Shown: positions 1 through 14,335, numbered from the stretch's first letter. The stretch: DNA of 64,000 bases from Octopus vulgaris (GCA_951406725.2 OX597831.1:56544001-56608000), one strand, 5' to 3'. The notes: generated by a model not told the origin, from the letters alone. Made by a program: numbers and translations.

Positions 1-2359
1 GAAAACTTAAACAGAACTGAAATCCCAAATCAGTTTGGGGTGCAGAAACTAACAGAAGAAAATCTAACACAATAAAGAAAATAAATATCCAGTTTTGTTT
101 CTATAAATGGAAAGTAAAAAATATTTTTTTTAAATGTTAATTCAAAACATTACATGAGAAGTAACAATTGAGTGTCAAATTAAGTACCAAAATAGGATAC
201 AGCCAAGGATAAAGTAATTTCTTCATTCAATAATATTCATAAGTAATTTGAGAAAATGTACAAACATTTCAGCTTTAATTTCTTACATTATATTCATTTT
301 CCTCATTAGCAAGAAAAATAAAATCAAATAAAATAAAAATGAAGTTGTAAGTGGTTGTGATGAAACCCATGTTAAAACATTATTTTCTATGATGACTTAA
401 AAGATCATTAAATATGGGAAAATTCTATTTAGAGTTACAATAACCTTTTATGAAAGGAAGATACAATGAAAAATAATACACCCTAAACAATGCATTAAGG
501 TGTCAAAATATTGACAAAATAGGTTTATAATTACTTTATCTAGCCACACTTAGGAGATTAGTAGACTTCTGTTAGATAGTGATCTTACATGCAAACCATC
601 ATAAGGTTTATGATAAACTTAAAACCCTAATATATAACTCAGAGATTTCAATATATTTTAATTCTTTGGGGATTTTTTTTAATCATGGCATATTGAAATG
701 CCTTTAGTAATATGTCTAGATTGAAGTTTACATATTACTATACATAACTCTGAATTTCTTTTTTAATTTACACAAACATTTTGGTTAATTTCAAGTAACA
801 TTTTAATGTCAAAAACTCTGTAATATGGAGATGTGTTTATACAAATTTATAACAACTATTACTTAAGAATTAACAGTAACTCAGTAGTTACACCATCATA
901 CAATTTGATACTTTATTTTCTTTTTTAAAATCTCAGACATAGAGAAGTTATGACAAAACAAAAGCTTTTATAATGAAAACAGAGTGGTTTTGATAAATGA
1001 TTTCTAACAGACTAAATTTGTTTTTTAGAACAAATACTCTGAGAGTTGGTTTGCTATGAAGATTAAGATTAAGACATGAAACTTTAATTTTTCTTCATTT
1101 TTTTTTTCATGTTGCAACAAGGGAATTAGACTCCAGAGAAGAAGTGTACAAAATGTCTGAATAGTAATGTTCTCATGTGGTACGAAAATAGTTTGACTTT
1201 GTAGCCAATTGTATGGGAAATAGAAAATGGGAAGATGAATGACAACTTTTGATGGAGAAATACTTTGAAGAATAAACATGAAGGAAATATGATTTGGTAG
1301 TTTGAATTAATCAGCGATTCGTCTCAGCTTAAACAGAGTTGAAGAAGAAGAACCATGAGAGCCACAAATACTCAGTTCTCTAAGTAGATTTTGAAAATGC
1401 TAAGCAGAGCTGTCAAGAATTGAAGAAATAATTCCACACTGTCATTTGAAACAACTTTTGGAAATATACACCAATTCAACTATATTTCAATATCATATTA
1501 AAAAAAAAAGAGAGAAGAAAAAGAAAGAGTCTGTTTTTTAAAATGTCACTCACTTCAAAACTTAGTAACTAAAAAGATTTCTTTTCTTTGCAGCAAACTT
1601 ATAGAAATTCAAGGAAAATCAGTAACATCTAGCCTAACATTTCTTATCTATTCCATTCCTATAAAACCATATCAGTTCTTACATCCTTGGTCTCTGAAAC
1701 AATTTCATAGGGAAAAACGATGGTATGATACCAAAGTTTATTTACATAAATTAACCTAGACATCCTCACAAGTTCTTAGAGTATACTACAATCCAACATT
1801 CTTCCAGGTAATGCTTCAGTAAAGCACCATTTTCAAAAGGTATAATATTGTAGCCAATTAATCATAATTTTTTTATCGTTAAAAGGATCCACATTTAATG
1901 TCTCCATATATTATTGTATATACTCATATACAAGTCATAGTCCCTTTGTGTTTATAATATTTTAATTTCAGCCTTATTTGTTTTAGTTGTACATAAGACA
2001 TATGTTAGTTTTTGTGAGTATACAAATACATAGGAAAGCTATCGATGTTAGCCAATTGTCTGAGTTGAGCAATGGTAGGGTTAATGTTACACACATGCAA
2101 GGTAGTGATCTGGCAGAATCATTAGCACACTGGGCAAAATTGCTTAGCATATCGTACCCAATCCCTTGAACTTTCTGGCCTTGTACCAAAATTTGGAACC
2201 AATATTACACACTCGCATTTAATATTGGGTATATACACAGTGCATTTTGAATATGATATACAGTAACAAAATTATAGGTAATACTGTGCACATTATGTAA
2301 TCCTCATCATTTTATGTTGAATGATTTAGTATGAAAAAAATAAATTTAATCCCATAGAT

Positions 2360-2693
2360 TATTAGGGTAAAGACCTCCTTTGGTCATGAATGACCATAAG
2401 ATTGCACCTAGAAAGTTCCCCTCCGAGGCACAAGTCTGGGTAAAGTTCTTTATGGAAGACCAGCAGTTGCCCATTCATACCAGCCTCCCCGCTTCACACC
2501 ACCAATGTTATCCAAGGCCGATACAGCTTGGAACCAGTGATGTCACAACTCATTTATACAGCTGAATGAACTGGAGCAACGTGAAATAAAGTGTCTTGCT
2601 CAAGAGCACAACACACAGCCAGGGCTGGGAGTTGAATTCACTACATCATGATTGTGAGCCCGATGCTCTAACCACTGAGCCATGTACCTTCAC
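2360..2693 (-). mobile_element. Third tRNA-derived SINE family
   Basis: Minus-strand head GTGAAGGTACATGGCTCAGTGGTTAGAGC followed by CTTGAGCAAGACACTTTATTTCACGTTGCTCCAGTTCA. A second copy lies at about 32235-32478. Confidence 0.8.
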
Positions 2694-4847
2694 TCAAAAA
2701 TTGTTAATCTAACACATATATAAACAAAGGGCTTCTATAAAGTTTCTGTCTACTGAATTCACTCAGAAGACATTGGTCAGCTTAGCACTATAGTAGAAGA
2801 CTAAGGTGCCATGAAGCGGGACTGAACCTAAAACCATGCAGTTGCAAAGTGAGCTTCTTAACCACACAGTAACGTTTGTGCCTTGGTAATATTTTTGCAA
2901 TGAGAGTTCACTGATGTGATTCTAGCTCTTTTCTACACATGAATTTCATACACTCCCAAATTGAACTGTGGAAATAATAATATATATACTTGTATCCATT
3001 GATAACTTTTTGTTCTAATAACCATAAAAGTGACAAGTCCACTGGAACTTAATTCACATTACCCAAAACTTCTCTAATTTCTCATAGAAGACATTGTATT
3101 GTATAATATCTTCATCTTGGCGTTTTCTTGAATGCTTCTTTAGTTTTTGTTACCTTTTTCTATCAGAAATATAATTGATTTTTTTTAACACTTTTGCCAA
3201 CAAGTTTGAACAGATATGAATGATATAACAAATCATCACAAGTTTGTTTTTCCTTTCAGCAGAATCAAATTCTGCTTAAGTAGTCATGCATGTTTTGTGT
3301 ATGACATCAACATATATTTATTAGCAACACCAATATTCATAAAGCTTTCATAGCTATATGGCCAACAGTATATCAATATATCAACTCATTTGCCAGGGTT
3401 TGCTACAAATTTCAAGCTCAGAGTGAAGTTCAGTAGATAAACCTTATGCAGTGTTTTTGCAGCTTTTAAGTAAAAAAAAAAAAAAGAAATTGTATCTTAT
3501 CTACGAGTATATACAGTATCTCTATAACTGATGTTAAAGGAATTTCTGAATTCACTAAATTTGCTGGTTACACAGAAATGAAATTCAGTATTGTCATAAT
3601 ATAACAAAACAGTGATATGCAGGTTCCATGATGCATAGACAGAAATTATACAAAGTGAAACTAGAAAGAGTATATGTAATAGAAAGTAAAAATCAGAAGG
3701 GAAAAGATAAAGGATATGATAAAGATATTTCATTGCAAGAATGAAATGTAAAAATCTGAAATTCATAAGAAAAATTGTACAGAGGGTGAAGATGGTGGGG
3801 GCATCTCCCAATCTCATCATTATATATTGAAGAAATTATTTATTGGAAGTTATTTAAAGACATAATATTCCAGGTTTCAGTCTTCAATTTTTTTCCTTTT
3901 TTATAAACCAGGCATGCATTTATTATCTAATACATTCACTCCAAGATGTTTTAGATAGAAATTAAATTCCTGAAAATATTTTAAAAAAGTTGTTTTTACT
4001 TCAAGTAATGATTAGAGTATGTCTATAAAATCAGATACATAAACATATTTAGAACAGTTTTATGTATTTACTAATGTAATCAGTGAAATATTTATAGTTT
4101 TATTTAGGTAACTGTAATGAGGTAAATATGTTTTCTTGAGAGTAAAACGAATGTTGTTTGGAACATGGTTTAATTTGTATGGAACTAGCCCGATGTACTA
4201 GTATGCAGGTGAGGAATATACATATGCTATATTACAATATGAACTTTATAATATACCACTGAATATCACATTTAACTAAAAAAAAAAAAGGGTGGGGTTC
4301 TAAAATTAGCAATGCTTAGAAAGTTTTTAGGCAGTTTAAAATTTAACTCGTCTCTCTTCTTTTAACTTGCCATAGAAGTTCCAGTAACTAAATTTGGGTT
4401 CATCACCAATATTATATATAATCTAGACACAACACCACTTCTTATTTGATAAAATAATTTCTGGTCCAATGCAAAGTATATTGCTTAAACAATATAAAAG
4501 GAAAATACTTTTAATGAATAGTCATAAATGTTCAGCAAAAAAATAATCCATTATACAAATAATGAGAAAGAAACAAATAAAACAAAAATCAAAACACATA
4601 CAGACACCACACAAAAATACTACCCACCAACAGCAACAATATTGAACAAGGAAAAGACATTATCTGCCTATTTTAATAAGATATTTGTTGTGTTACTCAG
4701 AATATGTAGTGTTACGTCAGATTTTTTTTTTATGCTGCAGTCAAGTGAACAAAGCATTTATCCAATATTTTTTTCCCTTTCTCAGTGTTAGAGAAAATAT
4801 CTGTTGCATTCTTACAACAAAGTGTGATAATAGAAAATTTCACTAAC

Positions 4848-4907
4848 CTTATAAATTTGTGTGACTGCTTCTTTTATAACACATGGATTCCAACCTTTAT
4901 CTGTGGT
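4848..4907 (-). CDS. VPS13: VPS13A/C-like coding exon (60 bp): TTDKGWNPCVIKEAVTQIYK
   Basis: cag|ACC ACA GAT AAA GGT TGG AAT CCA TGT ... ATT TAT AAG|gttag. TTDxxWxP...IYK motif, phase 0 at both ends. Confidence 0.92.
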
Positions 4908-5711
4908 CTGTGGTAAGTGGGAAAATAGAGAAAAATATTCTGAAAAAGTCTCATTTTAATATAATATAGACATTATTTAATGAAAATACTTTTTGACTGG
5001 TAAAATCATATTCCATTTATCCAGCAGCTCTTCACTGGTAATCAGAATACCATTTGATATGGTATTCTGATTATCAAAATGATTTTCTAGTTTGCATAGT
5101 ATAACACATGAAAATGACACTGAAGAAATACAGCTTTGAACTCCCAGTTCAAGTAGCACAACTTTAAACAAAGACCTGCATTTTGTTGCACCTCTTGGTA
5201 GGACACTCAATTCTGATGGGAATAGGTTCCTGATTTTGAAGAAGACATTCGATATAAAACAGACTTTTTTGCAGGTCTATTTTCTACACAGATGTGTCTT
5301 CTAAACTACCAAAACTATGCAGATGTACTGATGGTGTTCCATTGACCTATTAACTGTAGTTGAAACTGAAGCCTATATGTTGCCACTATGTGGTTTTCTG
5401 TGGTTAAAATCTTTGTTAACTTGTTAAATGGAATAAAAGCAAAGTTATCAATATATTCAAGAAAGACCTTGTAAAGGAGACGACATGTATAGTGTTATAT
5501 TATTGGCAACAACAGAATAGCCTATTAGTGCATATTAGGTCATAGATTTGTGATATAAGTCTGATACTTAATACATAACAGCATTACAAAATATAACAAA
5601 AATATCATTTATGGATTGGGACATGGGGTTATAGGAAGATTCATGAGTCAGTACTGAAATACAAGAAACCAGATTTAAAGCAAGATGCAAATTATGAAGT
5701 AAATTCCAAAC

Positions 5712-5881
5712 CTGAAAGATTAGATCTTCAAGAGTAAATCCAATAGCAAATGGATGAGCTGGATTGGTATATTTGTCTTCATAACGTACATGGATATTGC
5801 TAATTTGAACTTGGAGATTTTTTATAATTCTAGCTGCCAATTTTTCAACAAAAGAATCTTGCTTCTCTTCTTTGGGATTGT
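5712..5881 (-). CDS. VPS13: VPS13A/C-like coding exon (170 bp): DNPKEKKQDSFVEKLAARIIKNLQVQISNIHVRYEDKYTNPAHPFAIGFTLEDLIFQ
   Basis: Overlaps ORF 5568..5840. cag acceptor and gtttgg donor. IIKNLQVxIxNIHVRYED is a strongly conserved VPS13 motif. Confidence 0.95.
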
Positions 5882-6332
5882 CTGAAAACCAGCAAATAAA
5901 TAAAGGAGAAACAATTCAGACTGCATTATTTTAAAGCCCAATCTAGAACACTTTAAGTAGAGTTTTAAAATATTCTGGCAATTTGCAACTGATATTAGAA
6001 TCATTCAATATTTTTATGAATTCCTTTCTCCATACTGATAGCATTTCTTCACATTTGTATTTAATGGTTCAGTAAAAAATTTTCAGTTCACTTTTGAATA
6101 GGGTAACCCATAAAGAACATGACAGACTTTTACTTCTACTTAATCATTTAGCTAGAAAAAAAAAAGCTTTTAAAGAAATTTCATAAACCCTTCTTGCATT
6201 TTATAAAAAGATATATAAAATTTCAAACTTCAAGAGCCTTTTTATTAAAAAAACAAAATCAAAATTTAACAACAATTTTTAACTTTGAATGTTTTATTTT
6301 ATAATGATAATATATTTAAACTATAATAAAAG

Positions 6333-6870
6333 AATGAGTGAAGCAGGCAGACAGACAATGAGTGAGGCAGGCAAACAGACAATGGGTGAGGCAGTGAGAC
6401 AGACAATGGGTGAGGCAGTGAGACAGACAATGGGTGAGGCAGTGAGACAGACAATGGGTGAGGCAGTGAGACAGACAATGGGTGAGGCAGTGAGACAGAC
6501 AATGGGTGAGGCAGTGAGACAGACAATGGGTGAGGCAATGGGACAGACAATGAGTGAAGCAGACAGACAATGAGGCAGACAGACAGACAATGAGTGAGGC
6601 AGACAGACAGACAATGAGTGAGGCAGACAGACAGACAATGAGTGAGGCAGACAGACAGACAATGAGTGAAGCAGGCAGACAGACAATGAGTGAGGCAGAC
6701 AGACAGACAATGAGTGAGGCAGACAGACAGACAATGAGTGAGGCAGGAAGACAGACAATGAGTGAGGGCAGCCAGACAGACAATGAGTGAGGCAGTCAGG
6801 CTGACAATGAATGAAGCAGTCAGGCTGACAATGAGTGAGGCAGTCAGGCTGACAATGAGTGAGTGAGTGA
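6333..6870. repeat. Minisatellite with 24- and 28-bp units (GACAATGGGTGAGGCAGTGAGACA / GACAATGAGTGAGGCAGACAGACA)
   Basis: Tandem units built from GACA/GTGA tetramers. Explains ORFs 6289-7001. Confidence 0.93.
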
Positions 6871-7134
6871 GTGAGATAAACAGACAGTAAGCAAGTGAGA
6901 AAAGTAGACAGACACTGAATGAGGCAAACAAACAGTGAATTACAGACAGAAAGTAAATGAAATAGACAGTGATTGAGTGAGTGAATGAATGAGAGAATCA
7001 AACAAACAAACAGTCTGTGAGTTGGATAGCCTAATAATTATTTACAAATTTTCATCATGCTGCAGACTAATGATGTGCACTTTGGGAAAAACTTTTCTTC
7101 TTTTGAAATTCTAGTAACAATATTTGCTGCTGAC

Positions 7135-7236
7135 CTTTTTCTGCTTCCAATTTCTTTGCTTCTTCGACAGCTTTGAGTTTTTTCTGTTTCTGATCTTGCA
7201 GGAAAGCCTCTTCCTTTTTCTCGTCATATTTGATGG
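7135..7236 (-). CDS. VPS13: VPS13A/C-like coding exon (102 bp): AIKYDEKKEEAFLQDQKQKKLKAVEEAKKLEAEK
   Basis: tcag|CC ATC AAA TAT GAC ... GAA GCA GAA AAA G|gtcag. Phase 1 at both ends. IKYDxxKEE...KQxxLxxxEEA is typical of VPS13A/C. Too short to appear in the ORF track. Confidence 0.92.
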
Positions 7237-7373
7237 CTGAGAATTAAGAAATGTAATATTTTTAGACAAACATTATAAATTATAAAATAAACTTCATACT
7301 CAAATGAATACTGTAACATTTAAAGATAAAAACAAAACTAACACTGTATTTCTTGTTTTGTGTTAAGTACTAA

Positions 7374-7601
7374 CCCTTTTGATACCATACTGCCTGTGAC
7401 TGTCCTTGGTTCTATGATATAAACATATAAACTTCCTGGTTTACAGTGATCTAACTTAAGAATCTGCCCTCAAAATTTCATGTTAATTTATGTACCAAAC
7501 ATCAGCTTAATAATGATGAAATAATTTTATCAAATTCATTATTTTCAAAATTAACTGAAACAAAAGCACTGTATTTTAACAGAAACAGGGTAATGAAAGG
7601 G
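7374..7601. mobile_element. piggyBac-type MITE family B
   Basis: cTAA|CCCTTTTGATACC ... GGTAATGAAAGGG|TTAA. Confidence 0.8.
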
Positions 7602-8574
7602 TTAAGATACTTGATTTGCTCACTCAGTCAAATAACCTATAAATAAGTACCATGCACACAGGTCACAACTCTAATGAGCAAGAATGCTAAATAATTCATG
7701 CATTTTTCTTTTTTTCTTTTGCTTTGGATATGAAATTCACGTTCTCTTATGTGGCAGAAGAGAGTGCATTGATATGCCATAAATAATTCTCATAAAAAAA
7801 AAATCTCAAATGTCTTGATCAAATTTGGTCAATTTGGATTAACAATTATCTCCATTGTTATTAGAAGAGTAGAATGTCAGAACCAGTAGGCTGTTGGACA
7901 AAATGCCTTGCAGTATTTATTATTACTAACCTTAAATTCTGGAGATCAACATTGACCGTCATCCTTCAGGGAGTTGATTAAATAAAATGTGTCAAACACT
8001 AGGAATGATATAATCAACTATATCCATACCCTTACCACAAAATTTCTGGCTTTGCGCTAATGTCAGAAATCATTATTATTGAATGACATTATTGGTGAAG
8101 CAGTGGGAAAAATGTTTTGCAGTATTTAGTTGATTGCTTTCCCTGTGCTGATTTTAAAGACTATTGTTATTCATATTGATTTACTTTTAAATCTTGTAGG
8201 AAAATTATAAACGTGATTAAATTGATTTAAACACCTCACTGATAGTGATTTTATAGGCCCCTGGATGAAAGAAGATTAAAAAGTTTCAGGAAAAGAACTA
8301 AATATAACAATCATTTTATTCAACATTGTAATACCTGAGCCATCTTCATTACTGTTTATAGTTACCATTTACCTTTTGTTTCAGTCACTGGATTGTGGCC
8401 ATGCTGGATTACTGCCTTCAAAGGGTTTATTCAAACAAATTGACACCAGCACTTATTTTTTTAAAAAGTATAGTACTTATTGTATTAGTCTTTTTTGTCA
8501 AACTGCTAAGTTATGGGAAGATAAACAAATTAACACTGGTTGTCAAGTGATAGGTGTGGGGCAGGAGCAAACAC

Positions 8575-9133
8575 ATTTACGCTCTCCGTCAGGTATCCCC
8601 ACAAGAAAAAATCTGGACTAGTCAAGTCTGGGGAATGTGAAGGCCAGTTGATATTGCCACAGTGGGAGATTATTCTCTCTCTAAATCCCTGCTGTAACAA
8701 CTGCATTGTTTCTCTTGCAGTATGAGCAGTTGCCCCATTTTGCTGGAACCATGTGTGAGGTCTACTTTGAATGGCCGGACGCAAAATGGTCTCAATCATG
8801 GATGCCTGAAAGAGAGGCCTTATGTCAACAAACTAGAGACCCTGGTGTAACTGAAAGAGAGCATCCACAGAGAAATCAGAGAAGTGGGGTTTGTAACCCT
8901 TGAGGGTGTTATAGTGCAAGTTTTGGAAAGAGCATAGGCATGTGAAGCTGAAAATAGCTGTCATTTAAGTGATGTCCTTTTTGATATGTGATGTAGTGGT
9001 GTTGCAAAATTTGACTTGTGCATATTAATCTCCATTAAGTCCTTTATATTGTATCAAAATTTTATGCATTTATTTGTGAAGTTAAGGCAGTTATCAAAAA
9101 TTGAAACCCATCAGCGACTTTTGGGACACCCTG
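8575..9133 (-). mobile_element. Internally deleted Tc1/mariner DD41D (rosa-type) transposon fragment
   Basis: ORF 8530..8799 reads WFQQNGATAHTARETM...WPSHSPDLTSPDFFLWGYL, with 41 residues between the mutated D (N) and the third D. One terminus TA|CAGGGTGTCCCAAAAGTC at 9135-9116. Left boundary is approximate. Confidence 0.85.
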
Positions 9134-11171
9134 TATTAATCAAGGTGTACAGTATTATATATCCATTCCAGCTGATCTATATAAAACTATACACATCAGT
9201 TGATATACCCACTCTAATGACAGATATACAAGTGCATTTTTTCCTGACTTATGGATTCTTAGACAGCTTACACACACACATGATGAATTTATTAAAATTT
9301 TCCTCTACCAGTTCCACTCACAAGACTGTGCTTGGTCTGGGGTTATAGTAGAAGACACTTGCCTAAGGTGCTGCAAAGTGGGATTGAAACCAAAACCACA
9401 TAGTTAGGAAGCAAGCTTCTAAACCACACAGCCACACTTGCACCAATATGATGGAAATTTTTCATAATATTTGAATTCAAATTTGGATTTCAACTATTTT
9501 TAATCTATTACTTTCTTCTACTCTTGTTCTGTAGCACTTCTCCCCAAATGTAACGCTTATTTTCAGGCCTCTAAAATCTTCCTTTTCTTAACTAATAGTT
9601 ATTTCAGCATATCAAATGACTCATTCCTTTACCATTATACATATACTATACACAATAAAATGTAGCCTATATTTCAGGTTTACCAAGAATATTGAGATTG
9701 ATACAGAATCAATAATAGAGTTATCCCTTGTACAAGGAATATTAATAAACAAAATAATTTCAAAGGATACAAAGGATTGTTATTCAAGCCCTGGGGAATA
9801 TACTTCAATAATTAATTCAAGTCTGACTTTTAACTTGCTTTTCCTCAAAACCATTGTTTAAGGAAAAACAACCAATTTTTATTGTTTTTAGTATCAATAA
9901 ATCAATAATTTGTGTTAAACAGTAGCAGCTGTTTAGTTAGGATGCTGAACTGTTAATGTTACACTTGGTTCAAAAGTTACAAGTTCAAACACAGCTTGTG
10001 CCATTGTATCAGCCTTATGCAGAATATATTATTCTCTACATTTCAGTAAACCTAATAAATATAATGCTCCTATTTCATGGTTATGTAGCATGATTAAGAA
10101 AAACAAAAATATATATATATATATCAAAGTACATCAATAATTCATGTATAATATCCCTATATTAAAATCATCCAATCCCCAAGTATAAAGGGGAAAAAAA
10201 AGAAAAAAAAAGAAAACAAACAAAACAATGTAAATTGATATTACTGAATCTGATTGTAACTGAATTTGTATTAGAACGTATAAAAGGATGGGTACCAGTC
10301 TTAGAGGAAATGCCTTGCAAATATCTAGTTACACTTTTAGGCATTCTGAGTACAGATTCTATTAGAGTCACCTTCACCTTTCATACATCTGATGAGGATG
10401 CTGGTGAGGGTACTGGGGTTAATAAAATAAGCACCATACAGGTACTGGGGTTATCTAATAGACTATACTCTTTTTCCCTGTGATCTTTAATTCTTTGGTT
10501 TATTTTAGGCATCACAACCAAGAGCATGCTGGAACATGGCCTTCTGTAAGGCCTTCGATCTATATTATAAATCCTTATTTATTACAATAAAACAGGTGCT
10601 GTAGTATAACAGTAAATTCCTAATGAAACAAATTTGTGACAAGTTTCAAATTTCTTCTATTACTAATGTCATTGGGAAAGGTATGCACACCACAAATTTA
10701 TAACTCCTCTCTTTTTAATCTTTGCCTCTACTCAAATGGTAACATCTAAAATTCTACTAATTTTTTTAAAACTTACAACTAAAGGCCGATCTCAAGAGAC
10801 TGAACCTCATGAAGGAGATGACAAAGGACCGAGTTATCTGGCACCTTGCTGTAATCAAGAAGACCTGTCTGCCACAGAAGAATTGATACCGACGCTGGTA
10901 TCACATAGAAATCACCTAGTACTCTCTGTGGAGAGGTTGGAATTAAGAAGGGCATCCAGAAGCTGAGCCTTACGAAGGAGATGACAGAATATCAGGCACC
11001 TTGCTGTACACAAGAGTTATCCACCACAGTAGAATTAATACCGATGCTGGAGCCACATAAAAAGCACTGGAGCTGGTACCACATTAAAAGCATTGGTGAT
11101 GGTGCCACATAAAAAGCACCCAGTACACTCTATGGAGTGGTTGGCATTAGGAAGGGCACTATTATGTAATT

Positions 11172-11351
11172 CACTATTATGTAATTCAAACAATGATAGA
11201 CATAAACCAAATCATAAATAAACGATAAAATATATTTTAAAACGTATAACTAGATCACAAAAAGTATAAAAATGAATAAACAATATATAATAAATATATT
11301 ATATATTATAATAAGTATATTATATATCATTGTTTGAATTGCATAATAGTG
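11172..11351. mobile_element. 180-bp MITE-like element with 27-bp TIRs ending CACTA...TAGTG
   Basis: CACTATTATGTAATTCAAACAATGATA (11172-11198) versus TATCATTGTTTGAATTGCATAATAGTG (11325-11351), one mismatch. Confidence 0.7.
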
Positions 11352-11740
11352 GTTTTTCTCTAATTTATATATATATATATACACAAGCAAAAGGACCCAG
11401 TTTCACTCAGGTTATAAACTCATAGCCTTAACACAGTACTCTTTGCTTGTAGTGTAATTTGACACCTTCCTTCTAGGCATGGTTAGGTATATATTTCATA
11501 AAGGACCCGTTCATACCTCGGTGTGAAATAATTTGTTTCCATGAGTCTTTTTGAGTATATTCAATGTATCTGACCTCAAAACCTACTGCAAGCCACATTT
11601 TTCCGGAAAAGAAAGGGGGATAGGTGGTGGAGACCTCAGAGTTTCCCACCAATGGAGTTTTGTTTTGTGGGTTTTTGTTTTTCTTTTCCAGGTTATTTCG
11701 CATATTCAGCATTACCTGACACCATTATCTCTTATAACCT

Positions 11741-11836
<96 letters not shown>

Positions 11837-13920
11837 AAGACAAGCTTCCTTCAGTTTCCATCTATCAAATCCACTCACAAGGCTTTGGCTGGCCCAAGGC
11901 TATAGAAGACACTTACCCAAGGTGCCACACAGTGGGACCGAACCTGGAACCATGTGGTTGGGAAGCATGCTTCTTACCTCACAGCTATGCCTGCACTTGG
12001 TGTGTTATATATTTTTAGAATGACATTGAGGGGTAGAGGTGAGAAGTTGGATCTGGTCAGTTTTAAAATAAAAAGGTAGAATATTTGGGCTGGATATGGC
12101 TGGATTAAATACCAAAAAAGGTTAAAAATAAATGCAAAAATTGGGTGCAATTCCACCCCCCACCCTAGCCTCAGTTCCAAACAAAACTTAGAATTTATCA
12201 AAGATCAGGTACTTTGTTGCTTCTTGGTCCAACCTACAGAATCTTCACCAAAATTTCAGAAGTAAAAGAAGTGCTGTGCACCTTTAATAAAAGAATGTAT
12301 TCCAGTTATAAAGAAAAACCATTTAAAATATACCATAATACCCTGTTGAGCCACTACTGGTATTATTAGGCTATATAACAGCATGTGTCTGGTGAATCCT
12401 GCAAAAATACACACATACATCCACACAGATTCATATGCACAGACACTCACACATTCATAAAGTCTACTTTGAAATGATTCCCACTTAACTTGTCACTAAC
12501 AATAATGTAGGGTTGTAAGTTAAGGATTAACCTACTTAAGAGTTTTAAGAGCCTGAATCATCTAAATATCGGAATGAATTTGTCACATGAAAATGAATTA
12601 TATTTTACTAGCTTTTCTTCCACCACCTCTCTCTTCCCTTCTCTCACTTGATTTATTTTCAATTGTTAGAGAGATTTGGTCATAAGGATAAATTGTGCTT
12701 TCATATAAACCTTTATGTCAGTCTCTAGAATACTACATGCTTTTTGTTCATATTTTAGCCTTCCCATTACTTGCCTTTATTTGTTGCAGAATTGCGGATA
12801 AAATAGCATTTCATTAATGTTATTATATTTGTCTCAAGACTTAACAGTCAAGAAGACAAGAAAATATCACAATGAAAATAACAGTCAGCATCGGTAAATG
12901 GAGTTTTTTTCATAAGTACTGGATTTACTTGAGTACAATGCAATCTGATCTATAATGTGACCCCAGTTTTTTGCACCTAAAACCCAGTAAAATATTTTAC
13001 CTTCTTATCTTTTTTTCTTTTACAACTGTGAATAATGCCACCTCATAAATTTACTCCTTATACTTTGTATTAAATTTCTTGCATTATTTAACTATATATA
13101 CAGTGTGTGTGTGTGTGTGTGTGTGTATGTACATGTGTGTGTGTGTGTGTGTACATGTATATGTGTGTGTTTGCACACGCATGTGTATGCAGTAGGGTAC
13201 TGCATATATAAAGTCATAATTGACCCATCAAAAGGTCAATGCTTATATTTCTGTGTCATGTTGAAGTCAAGAAAGTTGATATGCTGGTTGAATCCACTAA
13301 AGTATAACAGTATCATGTATACATACAGTTCAGGGCACTAAGGAGAAAGAATACTAAATAATTTATGACTATTTTTTCAGCTGGGGATGCCAAGTTCTCT
13401 TCTGAGACTGAAAAGTGCAATGAGAAACCACTTACATCCCATTAAAAGTTTAAAAAATCCTCAAATGTGTTAATCAATTTTCCCTCCAGGCAGATTTTGA
13501 CTAGTTATGGTTCAGACAGCATGCAACATATATTGGCATCACTCATTCAAAGGATATCCTTTTTGATAATTATAGATTTCAAGATGATATTGGAAGCTAA
13601 CACTTCAAAACACCAAGAGAAACTATCTAAAGTCATAATATTCAATTATTCAATAATGGTTCTTATGATATGCACAGAGATATCAATTTTGAGGAAAAGA
13701 ATAAATCAATTATATTAACTTCAGTAATTAACCGGTATTTATGTCATTGATCTTGGAAAGATGAAAAACAAAGTAGACCATAGTGAGATCTGAACTCAGA
13801 ACATCAATTGAACTTAATAGAGCATAGCAGCATTGCCAAAATTTGACACCAATATTATAATATATTATGATATAATATAATATTAATTCATTGTTTGGGT
13901 TTTTTGAAAACTCTTATAAC

Positions 13921-14335
13921 TCTCTTTTTACTCTTTTACTTGTTTCAGTCATTTGACTGTGGCCATGCTGGAGCACCGCCTTTAGTCGAGCAAATCGACC
14001 CCAGGACTTATTCTTTGTAAGCCTAGGACTTATTCTATCGGTCTCTTTTGCCGTACCGCTAAGTTACGGTGACGTAAACACACCAGCATCGGTTGTCAAG
14101 TGATGTTGGGGGGACAAACACAGACAGACAAACATATACACACACACACACATATATATATATACATATATACGGCGGGCTTCTTTCAGTTTCTGTCTAC
14201 CAAATCCACTCACAAGGCTTTGGTCGGCCCGAGTCTATAGTAGAAGACACTTGCCCAAAGTGCCACGCAGTGGGACTGAACCCAGAACCATGTCGTTGGT
14301 AAACAAGCTACTTACCACACAGCCACTCCTATGCC
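13921..14335 (-). mobile_element. Full-length tRNA-derived SINE (most abundant family here; internal (TA/TG)n, GTAAAAGA tail)
   Basis: Minus strand GGCATAGGAGTGGCTGTGTGGTAAG (A box) ... GGGTTCAGTCCC (B-box-like) ... GAAACAAGTAAAAGAGTAAAAAGAG. Other copies or fragments near 2715, 9270, 11840, 17480, 19945, 25590, 28910, 29510, 31965, 32510, 36100, 36313, 50940, 51280, 53905 and 57511. Confidence 0.9.

Noticed and set aside
1690-1925. Minus-strand METLNVDPFNDKKI, faintly like a Polinton-type DNA polymerase segment
   Set aside because: Too short, interrupted by stops, and lacking supporting motifs.
3497-3820. Possible next VPS13 exon (VYASWN similar to the expected xYWN motif)
   Set aside because: The surrounding residues and splice sites do not fit. 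The next exon probably lies beyond position 1.
6289-7001. Repetitive ORFs (QTMGEAVR / HCLS / SLIVCL)
   Set aside because: Translations of a minisatellite.
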